Source: Candidatus Hydrogenedentota bacterium
Lineage (GTDB): Bacteria > Hydrogenedentota > Hydrogenedentia > Hydrogenedentales > SLHB01
Length of the DNA stretch: 64,000 bases
Reading direction: 5' to 3'
Assembly: GCA_963674865.2 (NCBI GenBank)
Contig: CAXXYE010000002.1
Location: 96,001-160,000, forward strand
The notes beneath the pieces were generated by a model. It was given only the letters and a program-made list of their open reading frames with translations, made no database searches and was not told the DNA's origin. The position numbers were made by a program, and so were the translations under genes. This document shows, one piece after another, positions 10,075-19,188 of this stretch (positions within the stretch are counted from its first letter, which is position 1; each line of letters begins with the position of its first letter).

Positions 10075-10512
10075 GGGCGCGCCCTCCAGGATGCCGGGTG
10101 GCTGTCTCTCCTCGCGCTCGGGGGAACGCACGAGCATGCTTGGACTGCAAACGGGACGGGCAAGGGGCCGCGTCGTGATGCGCCTGGGGTGCGGGCTGGG
10201 CGTTGTGTTTCCTGTGGCGTGACGCCTGCGTATTCGCAAGCAGAAGAGAAGGTCGTCGCCTGGTGCAGAGAGGGAGGGGAAGAATCCAGCATTTCACGTA
10301 TGTTTGCGAAGAAGGTGAAGGCAGCTGCCGGCTTCTCTACCGGCGCGCAGTGGAAGCAGGGACGCCATCAGAGCCAGAGGAATACCCTCCTCAAACACCC
10401 GGTGCAGGAGCGAGCGCTCTTCGCGAGGAACCGGAGTGATGCGACGTGGAATGCGGCGCCGCCGGCCGGGCCTTCATTCGAGCGCAGCGTGAATGGCGGG
10501 GCTGCATGAGCG

Positions 10513-11787
10513 CTACTCGTGCTCCAGGACGAGGTGGAGCTGCTGCATATTCCATCTGTAGTTGGTGGAGTGGCGGTCCCGGGCGTCGGAGTAGATGAGG
10601 TACATGGTTGTGCCGTCGTCGGTTATCCATTTGGGGGAGAGTTGCGGCATGTAGAGCCTGTTGGCGGGGTTGTCGCCGTCCCAGACTTCGTCCCAGTGGA
10701 ATGTGCGCCAGGGGCCCCAGGGGTGCTCGGCCCAGAGCAGCATCAGGCCGCCGGTTTCGTAGTGCATGAAGACGTCCATGACGGGGCCCGTGCCGGGGCG
10801 CTGGGTGCCTGCACAGGCCATGATGAACAGGCCGAGGGGGTCGTTCCAGACGACGCTGGGCGACCACGAATACCATCCCCAGCCCTCGGGGAAGGTGTGT
10901 ACGTCGCCCCGGCGGGCGAGGTCGTCAACGGCCCATTCGGCGTTTCCATCGCCGGTGCGCTGGACGAAGTACTCCCACTTCGTGCGGTCGAGGATGTCTT
11001 TCTTCTTCACGCGGGCCAGGTTGAGGCGGTGGGCGTTCTCACGTCCGTTGGGCGAGTAGAGATAGACGTAGCCGTCTTTGTTATCGCGGTAATCCTGGCC
11101 AAACTGGGCGATGGTGATGAAGGAGAAGGCATAATCCGGCTCGTTGTGGAAGAGGAGTTGGTTGCCGCCCTGTCCCGCGAACCAGCGATCCTCGTCGTTG
11201 GCGTCCGTGCCGTTCCATCGCAGCCAGCGCGTGGCCCCCTTGGGCCGCCAGATGAGTTGGCATCCGTCGAACCATCCCCAGCCGCGGCGGTCGGCGCAGT
11301 GGGAGATGAATTGGTAGAGGGCGCCGTCTACCGAGGCAATGCCGTAGGCGTACCAGTTCCAGGATGTCACCTCGGCGCCGGTGTCCGGATCCACCCACCA
11401 GGTGTCATCGCGCTGCTTCTTCTCGTTGTAGCGCCTGGGCTGAGTCTCGCCATCGTAGACGGGTGCGTCTTCGAGGGGCGTCGCGCGGAGTGTCGCCGCG
11501 TCCGGGCCGCCGGCGATGCGATAGATGCGGTTGTTCTGGAAGCCGCGTTTCTCACCGTTGTCATCGGGCCATCCCGAGCCATCGCACATGGAGGTGTAGA
11601 GGTCGCTGTCCGCGGCCCAGGTCATGCACCAGTTGTCGCCGGATCTGCCCAGACGCGTTACTTCGGGAGTGAACTCAACGGCGACGGGTTTCATGGCCGG
11701 CTCTCCGCCATGGGCGCGCCGGGCCGCCATGCAGCCGGCCAGCAGGCATGCGAGCAGCACAATGCAGGAAACGGCGGAAATCCACAT
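10513..11787 (-). CDS. Putative lipoprotein, DUF4185-like beta-propeller glycosidase
   Basis: Lipobox LAGC after RBS GAGGAG; GDNWCMTWAAD, GYVYLYS, AEHPWGPW, LYMPQLSPKW. Confidence 0.65.
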   Translation of the reverse strand: MWISAVSCIVLLACLLAGCMAARRAHGGEPAMKPVAVEFTPEVTRLGRSGDNWCMTWAADSDLYTSMCDGSGWPDDNGEKRGFQNNRIYRIAGGPDAATLRATPLEDAPVYDGETQPRRYNEKKQRDDTWWVDPDTGAEVTSWNWYAYGIASVDGALYQFISHCADRRGWGWFDGCQLIWRPKGATRWLRWNGTDANDEDRWFAGQGGNQLLFHNEPDYAFSFITIAQFGQDYRDNKDGYVYLYSPNGRENAHRLNLARVKKKDILDRTKWEYFVQRTGDGNAEWAVDDLARRGDVHTFPEGWGWYSWSPSVVWNDPLGLFIMACAGTQRPGTGPVMDVFMHYETGGLMLLWAEHPWGPWRTFHWDEVWDGDNPANRLYMPQLSPKWITDDGTTMYLIYSDARDRHSTNYRWNMQQLHLVLEHE

Positions 11788-12040
11788 GGCTGCGCTTCTC
11801 CTCAGGTGTCCGGGTGTACGCAATGGTGCTACTTGCCTCCGCTTATCAGTCCTTCCGCCACACAGGGACGTGTCCCATTGGTTCATGTCGAGTTGTGTGC
11901 ACAAGTTGCGTTTACTCTACCGCAAGTCTCATGATTCTTGCGAAGCTGCGAGAGGTTGTGACGATGTGTATCCGGGAAAGGGGATGTGCAGCGGCATGAG
12001 TTACGCGGATGGCGTCTTATTCTCGCCGCGACAAGCAGAG

Positions 12041-12264
12041 CGAAAAGCAGGGACAGAGGAGCCGTTGAAAAAGTCCGGAGTTGCTTCACGCAGGCCGCGA
12101 AGGGACCTGGGACAGTCCCGTCTGCGTCCGCCCATGGCGGACTCCGCTTGGTACAGTCCCGGTCTTTCGCTCAACCTCTGGAGCGAATGCGACATTTTCA
12201 ACAGCCCCACAGACACGTCTTGTCCGCCTGCGGCGGACTCGCTTGCGTCAGTCCCCGTTTTTCG
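12041..12264. repeat. REP-like palindrome (CGAAAA..GGGAC..GTCCGCC/GGCGGAC..GTCCCC..TTTTCG) interrupted by a MITE
   Basis: Removing 12058-12213 rejoins one imperfect hairpin. Confidence 0.55.
12058..12208. mobile_element. 151-bp MITE with IS5/IS1182-like terminal IRs
   Basis: IRs GGAGCCGTTGAAAAAGTC / GACATTTTCAACAGCCCC (15/18 match); 5-bp direct repeat ACAGA at 12053-12057 and 12209-12213. Confidence 0.75.
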
Positions 12265-12400
12265 CTTCTCTTGTGCGTCAGCAGATGGGTGAGTTCGATC
12301 ATGAGTCAGAACAGTAGTCGCGCCGGTGACGGCGTTTGGAGCATGTCCCCTTTTTCTCGGACATTCCTTCACATGCTCTGAGGTTTCTAAGGAGTGGATT

Positions 12401-13201
12401 ATGGCGACAACGTTGGATATTCGGAATTATCTGTTGGCGCACAGTCCGTGGGTGGACGCGGAGCGGACGGTGGATACGGTGAAGATTGGCGATCCGACGG
12501 GGGACGTGCGGAAGGCGGGGGTGACGTGGTATCCGGCGATGGACACCATCCGGGCGGCGCACGCTGCGGGCTGCGACTTGCTTATCACGCATGAGCCGAC
12601 GTTTTGGGAGCATGCGGCGCCGGAGCGGCGTTGGCGGCACACGGCGCCGGGGGCGTCGAAGCGGGCCTTCCTCGAGGATACGGGGATGGTTATTCTCCGC
12701 GCGCATGATACGTGGGATAACTGGCCGGAGATCGGCATCCGGGATGCCTGGGCCGGCGGCTTGGGGCTGACGAAGCGCGTGCTGGAAGGCTCGCAGCTCC
12801 GCTGGACGGCGATGTACGAGATTCCTCGGCAGACGCTGCGGGAGTTCGCGCAGTACGTGGCCGATCGCATCAAGGTGCTGGGCGAGGATAGTGTGCAGGT
12901 CATCGGCGATCCGGAGATGGCGGTGCACCGGCCGGCGCTCGGCGTGGGGTGCGCGTGCCCGGATAAGGAGATGGTCGATGCCGGGGCGGATGTGTTGATC
13001 TGCTGCTACGATGGTGCGTCCTATTGGCAGTCGCGGGAGCGGCTGGCGGAGATGGGCGTCGGGGTCATCACTGTGGAACACGGGACGAGCGAGATGTGGG
13101 CGATGGAGCGGTTGTGTGAACATCTGGCGGAGCAGTTCCCGTCCATCGCGTTCGAGTACTTCGCCGAGCACCCGCGTACATGGACGGTACTGGGCCGGTG
13201 A
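12401..13201 (+). CDS. Nif3-like dinuclear metal centre protein
   Basis: TVDTVKIGDP, LITHEPTF, RAHDTWD, EHGTSE; RBS AAGGAG. Confidence 0.85.
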   Translation: MATTLDIRNYLLAHSPWVDAERTVDTVKIGDPTGDVRKAGVTWYPAMDTIRAAHAAGCDLLITHEPTFWEHAAPERRWRHTAPGASKRAFLEDTGMVILRAHDTWDNWPEIGIRDAWAGGLGLTKRVLEGSQLRWTAMYEIPRQTLREFAQYVADRIKVLGEDSVQVIGDPEMAVHRPALGVGCACPDKEMVDAGADVLICCYDGASYWQSRERLAEMGVGVITVEHGTSEMWAMERLCEHLAEQFPSIAFEYFAEHPRTWTVLGR

Positions 13202-13220
13202 GGCCGGGGAGCGGCAAGTA

Positions 13221-13586
13221 GTGAGCAAGTTTGGCGTCACACCGCGCAAGGAAGCGGAACTCGCCGAGCGGATGGCGGCCTGCGGCATTCAGGAGGCCGA
13301 TCTCGACGAGTCGTTCGTCCGCTCCGGCGGCCCCGGGGGGCAGAAGGTGAATCGGACGGCCACGTGCGTGCGATTGGTGCATCGGCCGACGGGCCTGGAC
13401 GTGAAGATGCAGCAGGCGCGATCGCTTGGGTTGAACCGATTCTACGCGCGGCGGCGGTTGTGCGAACTGCGCGAGGCCGAACTCATGGGCGAGCGGAGTC
13501 CCGAAGCCATCCGGCAGGAGAAGGTTCGCCGGCAGAAGGCGCGCCGTAAGCGGCGCACGCGGCAGAAGCAGGCTGATACCGAGTAG
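13221..13586 (+). CDS. Short RF-1-domain peptidyl-tRNA hydrolase (ArfB/mtRF-R-like ribosome rescue factor)
   Basis: FVRSGGPGGQKVN (GGQ motif), no codon-recognition domain, basic C-terminal tail. Confidence 0.85.
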   Translation: MSKFGVTPRKEAELAERMAACGIQEADLDESFVRSGGPGGQKVNRTATCVRLVHRPTGLDVKMQQARSLGLNRFYARRRLCELREAELMGERSPEAIRQEKVRRQKARRKRRTRQKQADTE

Positions 13587-13606
13587 GCCCGCGCGTTGTC
13601 CCGCGG

Positions 13607-16600
13607 CTACTTCGCGCCCATATCGACGGCGGCGAGGGCGGCGTAGAGTTCCGCGCCGTCCGCGTAGCGTTCGTCGGGATCTTTGTTGAGGCACTTCTCC
13701 ACGATGGCGGCGAGAGCGGCCGGCGCATCGGGCGCCGCGTCCGTCAAGGGCGGCGGCAGGGTGTTTACGTGATGGAACGCGAGGTCGCCTTCGGGGAAGG
13801 GAGGCGTGCCCGTGATCGCTTCAAACAAGATGATTCCCGTCGCGTACACATCGGTGGCGGTCTTGGGGCGTTCGCCCTTTACCTGCTCCGGCGCCATATA
13901 GCGCCATGTGCCCATGACGGAGCCTTCACGGGTGAGGTCGGATTCCGTGTCGATACGCGCCAAGCCGAAGTCCATGATTTTGACGTCGCCTGTGTCGGTA
14001 ACGATCATGATGTTCTCGGGCTTGATGTCGCGATGGATGATTCCGCGGGCGTGGGCGGCCGCAAGGCCTTCCGCAATCTGTTTTGTGACGCTGACGGCCT
14101 CGTCGGGCGGCAGCGTCTTGCGATCGCGGAGGATCTCGCGGAAACTCTGCCCTTCGATGTATTCCATGGAGATGTAGCTCTCGCCCCATTCCTCGCCGAT
14201 GTCGTAGACGGCCACAACGTTCTTATGATTCAGCGCGGCAACGGCGCGGGCCTCGCGAACGAAACGCGAGCGAAGCTCATCATTCTTGCTGAACCGGCTG
14301 GGCAGCACCTTCAGGGCCACCTCGCGATCAAGCTTGGTGTCGCGGGCGAGGTAGACGACGCCCATGCCGCCTTGTCCGAGTTGGCGGATGGTTTCATACC
14401 GCTTCTTGTGTGAGACGGGCACGGTTACCTGCGTGCCCGCGGGGGCCGACGTGTCCGGCGCGACCGTTTTCGGCGCAAAGACGCTGCTCATCTCGTCAAT
14501 ATGTTCCAGGCGGCCGGAGACGTCTTTGTAATAGTAGTCGACCACCAGGATTCCCTGGAAGACTTCGCGGGCTTCGTCGTACATACCTGCCTGCTCGTAG
14601 GCGCATCCGAGGCCGTAGAAGATGTCGATGTTGTCGGCAACGATCTCCTCTTGGCCGACGAGGGCCTCACGATATCGATCCGCTGCGAGGTTGTACATGC
14701 CCTTGTTCATGAAGCATTCGGCCAGTACCTTGAGCGCCTCGTGTCCGAGGTCCGGATCGCGCGTCACCGGCTGGAGCAGCTTGATGGCGTCGTCCACGCG
14801 CTCGCTGCCGAGATAGAGCCGCCCGAGGCCCAAGGCGCCGCTCGCGGTGAGTTTGCCGCTCTTCGCCGCTTTCTCGTAGGCGTCGAGGGCTTTGTCCATG
14901 GCACCGGCCTTCTCGAATAGATTGCCCGCGGCGGCGAGGTCGCCGCTTTGCAGGTGGATCTCGGCCGCCTTCACGGCGTCTCCGAGTTGGGCGAGGAGCT
15001 TGGCGGCTTGGGCGCCGTTGCCGGCGGCGGCGTAACAGGAGGCGGCGCGTTCGATCATGTTGACGTGCTCGAAGCGGGCGGCGGCTTCGGCGAATTGGCC
15101 GGCCTTCTCATAGAGATCGGCGGCGCTCTCGACGTTGTCGAGCCTATCGGCCAAGGCGGCGGCCTTGGCGTAGTCTTCGATTTGAACGTATAGCTCGACG
15201 GCGCGGGAAAGCTCGTTCTTCGCCTCGTACAGCGCCGCTGCTTCGCCCAGCATGCCGCACTTCTCGTAACTGCGGGCCGCGCGAAGAAGGCAATCGCTGA
15301 AGCGGCGGACGACGAGGCCCCGCTCAAAGTGCCCGAAATAGACGGTTTGGCCATCGCCCGAGGCGGCGATCTTCATCACCCTATCGTCGACGCCGTCGCG
15401 CCAGAGGCAGCGCCGGTTGAAGTCGAGCATGAAACTGCCTTCGTTACTGCCCACGAGAAGGCGCTCATCGCGCCAGAACTCGGCTCCCTGGAGAATGCCG
15501 TCGTGCTCGTACTGCCACACGAGGTTCTCTTCCTCGATGTCGTAAAGGCGCAGTTTGTCGAGGCCGATGACGACGGCGGCGTACTTGCCGTCGGGGCTTA
15601 TAGACAGCCGCGATACCCACTCGCCGGTGTTTTCCTTCCAGATGGTCTGGCCGGCGAAGTCGATGAGATAGAACTTGCCGTCGCCGCATCCGGCTAGAAT
15701 ACGTTCGCCGGCCTGATGGCTCGCCAGGTGCCAGACTTTGAAATCGGTCTCGACGGTCCACGCGTCGCGCCCCTCGAGAGTCAGGGCCTTGACGCGTCCA
15801 TCCGTGCAGCCCGCGACCACGAGTCGCTGGGCCTCCGCGAGGGCCACGCCGCGGACTTCGCCGCCGAACTCCCGCTTCCAGAGGAAGTTGCTGGCTTCGT
15901 CGAGGAGGTAAACGCTTCGTCCCTTTGTGCCGATGGCCAAGTGGGATGCGTTGGCGGTTACGGCCACCGAGCGGGCCCGGACTCCCATGGGGAGTCTGAA
16001 TCGCCAGAGCCGGTTGCCTTCGTCATCGAAGAGAAAGACTTCGGGCCCGCCAAGGCACACCGCCACACGGCGTGTTTCCGGCGCGAGGGCGAGGTCACAG
16101 ACGGGCAGTTCGGCAGCGACTTCCCAGACCTCGTCGGTTGCGTACGTTGTGCGGTAGAGTTGCGCGGCGCGGGCGGCGGTCGCTTTGTCTCTGTCGTACA
16201 TTCGAGCGGCGTCGTAGAGGCGGTGGTCCGCTTCGAGGACCTGGCCCGCTGAGGCAAAATCGCGCGCCTCGCGGAAGAGTTCGGCCGCGCGCGCCGTATC
16301 GCCGAGCTGTTCGCTGTACTGGGCCGCCCTATTGAGAAGGCCGAGTTCTTCACATAGCGTGATGGCCTCGGGGATGTCTCCGGCTTTCTCATAGGCGGCG
16401 ATGGCCTGCCGCTTCATGTCGGCGCTGACATAACACGCCGCCGCCTCGCGATAGACCTCCATCTGCTCGTAGATCTCGGCCGCCCTCGCGTAATCTCCGC
16501 TGTCGGCGCACGTCTTCGCGGCGAGTTCCTTACGGTCATTATCGAGGTAGACGCGAATGGCCTGTTCGCGGTCGCCGCCTTTCTCGAAAAGCCTTGCCGC

Positions 16601-16990
16601 CGTGATGTGCATGCCGGCTCGTTCGTATAGCTGTGCGGCCCGGGAGAAGGCGCCGCCCTTCTCGAACATTTGGGCCGCTTCTTTTGGCTTCTGGGCGTTG
16701 GCCAGGAGTTCGCCCGCCTCGACGTAGGCGCGTCCCATGGCGAACATACGGGCGGCCTCTTCGAGACTTCCGAGCGATGCAAGGAGCTTGGCGCCATAGA
16801 CACACTCCCCGGCCCGCCCGTATTGCTCGGCGGCCGCCTCGAGTTGGCCGAGCTTCTCGTACATCTGGGCGGCGCCCATGCGGTCGCCGATCCGGAGATA
16901 TTGCGCTAAGGCGCGTTTGTGCCTGCCCTTGGCGGCAAGGGTCTCTGCCTTAGCCTTTGCGTCTTTTGCTGCCCTGGCCATACTGGTCAC
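13607..16990 (-). CDS. Cytoplasmic TPR/clathrin-like solenoid + beta-propeller + Ser/Thr protein kinase
   Basis: Repeats A(A)xxYExxG on both sides of a Trp-containing propeller segment; C-terminal GQGGMGVV, VALK, HRDIKPEN, DFG, APE. Confidence 0.9.
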   Translation of the reverse strand: MTSMARAAKDAKAKAETLAAKGRHKRALAQYLRIGDRMGAAQMYEKLGQLEAAAEQYGRAGECVYGAKLLASLGSLEEAARMFAMGRAYVEAGELLANAQKPKEAAQMFEKGGAFSRAAQLYERAGMHITAARLFEKGGDREQAIRVYLDNDRKELAAKTCADSGDYARAAEIYEQMEVYREAAACYVSADMKRQAIAAYEKAGDIPEAITLCEELGLLNRAAQYSEQLGDTARAAELFREARDFASAGQVLEADHRLYDAARMYDRDKATAARAAQLYRTTYATDEVWEVAAELPVCDLALAPETRRVAVCLGGPEVFLFDDEGNRLWRFRLPMGVRARSVAVTANASHLAIGTKGRSVYLLDEASNFLWKREFGGEVRGVALAEAQRLVVAGCTDGRVKALTLEGRDAWTVETDFKVWHLASHQAGERILAGCGDGKFYLIDFAGQTIWKENTGEWVSRLSISPDGKYAAVVIGLDKLRLYDIEEENLVWQYEHDGILQGAEFWRDERLLVGSNEGSFMLDFNRRCLWRDGVDDRVMKIAASGDGQTVYFGHFERGLVVRRFSDCLLRAARSYEKCGMLGEAAALYEAKNELSRAVELYVQIEDYAKAAALADRLDNVESAADLYEKAGQFAEAAARFEHVNMIERAASCYAAAGNGAQAAKLLAQLGDAVKAAEIHLQSGDLAAAGNLFEKAGAMDKALDAYEKAAKSGKLTASGALGLGRLYLGSERVDDAIKLLQPVTRDPDLGHEALKVLAECFMNKGMYNLAADRYREALVGQEEIVADNIDIFYGLGCAYEQAGMYDEAREVFQGILVVDYYYKDVSGRLEHIDEMSSVFAPKTVAPDTSAPAGTQVTVPVSHKKRYETIRQLGQGGMGVVYLARDTKLDREVALKVLPSRFSKNDELRSRFVREARAVAALNHKNVVAVYDIGEEWGESYISMEYIEGQSFREILRDRKTLPPDEAVSVTKQIAEGLAAAHARGIIHRDIKPENIMIVTDTGDVKIMDFGLARIDTESDLTREGSVMGTWRYMAPEQVKGERPKTATDVYATGIILFEAITGTPPFPEGDLAFHHVNTLPPPLTDAAPDAPAALAAIVEKCLNKDPDERYADGAELYAALAAVDMGAK

Positions 16991-17020
16991 CCCATGTTGT
17001 CTCCCGCCTGTCGGCGGGTG

Positions 17021-18970
17021 CTACTCTCCAAACAGCGAGGCCTCACTGATCCGCTCGATTTCCGGCATGGACAATGGGTTCTTCATCTCGCGATCCCGCG
17101 AAACGAGGGGGGCTACGCGAAGGATTTCGTCGGCGGTGGTTATGCCGCGGATGACCTTGAGCGCCCCAATTTCATTGATGGTGAGGAACGGCATGGTTGA
17201 GCGCGCGACTTTCAGTACCTCCGAAGCCGGCGCTCCCGCGAGAAAGGCCTCGCGCAGGTCGTCATTGACGGTGAGGGCTTCGAAGACGCCGGTTCGCCCG
17301 GCGAAGCCGGTGTTCTGGCATTCCTTGCAGCCTTTGCCGTGGTAGAAATCGTACTTGGACGGGTCGAAGTCCCTGATGGGGAACTCGCGGAGGGCCTGCT
17401 GGTCCGGTTGAAAGACGGCCCGGCAGTGCGGGCATATCCTGCGTACGAGCCGTTGGCACACGATGGTGAGGGCCGTGGACGATCTCAGGAAGGTCTTGAT
17501 TCCCAGGTCGGTAAGTCGCAGGAGCGAGCCCACGGTGTCATCGGCGTGGAAGGTGGTCAGCATCTTGTGGCCCATCAACGCCGACCAGAGCACGTCTCTG
17601 GCTTGGGTGCTGTACGGGATCTCGCCTACGGCGATGACGTCGGGGTCCTGATGGATGGCGGCGTTGATGACGTCGGCGAGGGTCGACCCTCTGTAGGAGG
17701 ACAACTGCGCCTGGATTGTGCCGGGCAAAATAGCTTCGACGGGCTCTTCGACGGTGACGATCTTGGTGCCGGGCCGGTTAAGGTGGTTCAGCGCGGCATA
17801 GAGGGAAGTGGTCTTGCCGGATGCGGGGGGGCCGGCGAAGATGATCATGCCGGAGGCATAGTCCAAAGCCCTTCGGCACATGGCGTAGACGTTGGGCGTC
17901 ATGCCTACGTCCTCGATGGCGATCATGTCGGTGTCTTGCCGGAAGAGCCTGAGCACGAGGGCTTCTCCAAGCATGCCGACTAAGATGGACACGCGCATGT
18001 CGACTTTCACGTCTTCGAGGCGTCCCATCAGGCGGCCTTCCTGCTCTTTGTGCGTTTCGGAGACGTTCAGGCCGGAAAGGACCTTGATGCGCCTGAATAC
18101 GGCATCGCGGATGTTGAGGGGAAGGTCCATCTTGCGTGTGATGATGCCGTTTGTGCGGAACCTCACCTGGACGCGGTTGTTCATGGACTCGAGGTGGACG
18201 TCGCTTGCCTCCTCATTGATGGCTTCGTTGATCAGGTAGTTGACGACGTCGACGGCTTGTGTCTCGACGGCGCCCCGGCGAAATCGCTCGCCGGCCATGT
18301 CCATTCGCCCGACCTCATCCGCGGCGAGCATCTCATCTTCCGCCCCCTCCTCGGCCAGGCCCGGTACGGTGGTCTGTTCCAGCAGGCTGTCAATGAGTTC
18401 CTGGATTCTCGATGGCGGGCAAATGGCGAGTTCGATATCCTGGCCGAACACGTTCTCCAGGAGTTGGCTGGTGGCTTCGTCGAGCAGGCCGGGTACGAGC
18501 ACCGTGGTCACGCCTTCGCGTTCGGCGAGGGGCAGGACCTTGTTATGGCGCATGAAGTCGGCGGGGAGCCGGGTGAAGACGCGCCTGTCTACGAGGCGCT
18601 GATAGGGGACGATATAGGGCATGTCGAGCTGCTCGCTCAGAGCTTCGGCGAGCTGTTCTTCCGTAATGATGCTGCTGTCGATGAGGGTTTGGCCGAGTTG
18701 CTGGCGCGTTCCGTCCTTCTTGCCGAGGGCGGATTCGAGTTCTTCCGCAGTGATGATGCCCTTCTCGAGCAGGTATTCGCCCAGAGGTATGCGCCGCTTA
18801 TGCTCTCTGATGACGTATCGGAGCTGGCGCTTGGTGAGATAGCCAAGGTCGACGAGTATATCGCCGATGCGGCTTTGCTCTTCCTTCTGGACCTGCAACG
18901 CCTCAGCGAGTTGCAGGTCGGAAATCATTCCCTCTTCGCAAAGAATGGCCCCTAAACGTGTAGCCGCCAT
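17021..18970 (-). CDS. GspE/PilB family ATPase with two tandem MshEN domains
   Basis: RLGAILCEEG..QLAEALQVQ, ASDVHLE, GPPASGKTT, QDPDVIAVGEI, QRLVRRICPHC..GCKEC..GFAGRTGVFE. Confidence 0.9.
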   Translation of the reverse strand: MAATRLGAILCEEGMISDLQLAEALQVQKEEQSRIGDILVDLGYLTKRQLRYVIREHKRRIPLGEYLLEKGIITAEELESALGKKDGTRQQLGQTLIDSSIITEEQLAEALSEQLDMPYIVPYQRLVDRRVFTRLPADFMRHNKVLPLAEREGVTTVLVPGLLDEATSQLLENVFGQDIELAICPPSRIQELIDSLLEQTTVPGLAEEGAEDEMLAADEVGRMDMAGERFRRGAVETQAVDVVNYLINEAINEEASDVHLESMNNRVQVRFRTNGIITRKMDLPLNIRDAVFRRIKVLSGLNVSETHKEQEGRLMGRLEDVKVDMRVSILVGMLGEALVLRLFRQDTDMIAIEDVGMTPNVYAMCRRALDYASGMIIFAGPPASGKTTSLYAALNHLNRPGTKIVTVEEPVEAILPGTIQAQLSSYRGSTLADVINAAIHQDPDVIAVGEIPYSTQARDVLWSALMGHKMLTTFHADDTVGSLLRLTDLGIKTFLRSSTALTIVCQRLVRRICPHCRAVFQPDQQALREFPIRDFDPSKYDFYHGKGCKECQNTGFAGRTGVFEALTVNDDLREAFLAGAPASEVLKVARSTMPFLTINEIGALKVIRGITTADEILRVAPLVSRDREMKNPLSMPEIERISEASLFGE

Positions 18971-19079
18971 GAGATTGCACCTCACCCGCTAGTGTGTCGT
19001 CTCTCCGATGGAGCGCAGGAACCCGGTTCCTCAAAGGGTCGGGCGCCGTTCAGAGCACCCATCCTCCTGCGCCGCCTGC

Positions 19080-19108
19080 AATATAGATGAGAAGGCGCGG
19101 GCTGTCAA
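19080..19108 (-). promoter_or_regulatory. Sigma70-type promoter of the ATPase-kinase operon
   Basis: TTGACA-17 nt-TATATT on the minus strand. Confidence 0.6.
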
Positions 19109-19188
19109 TGCCGTCAACGCACCAGGACCGGCCTGCTCTTGCGGGGCGCTTGCTTGCAACGGCCTTGGAAGGGCGGGATAATCGCCCT

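Noticed and set aside
9712..10509. 265-aa ORF reading out of IS30
   Set aside because: Alternative frame of the transposase running into intergenic DNA; no RBS or recognisable domain
10519..11934. 471-aa plus-strand ORF
   Set aside because: Antisense shadow of the DUF4185-like gene; typical of high-GC codon bias and has no motifs
12299..13288. 329-aa minus-strand ORF and similar long antisense ORFs (5099-5758, 18050-18955, 45981-47006, 52823-54208)
   Set aside because: They overlap well-supported genes on the opposite strand and have low-information composition
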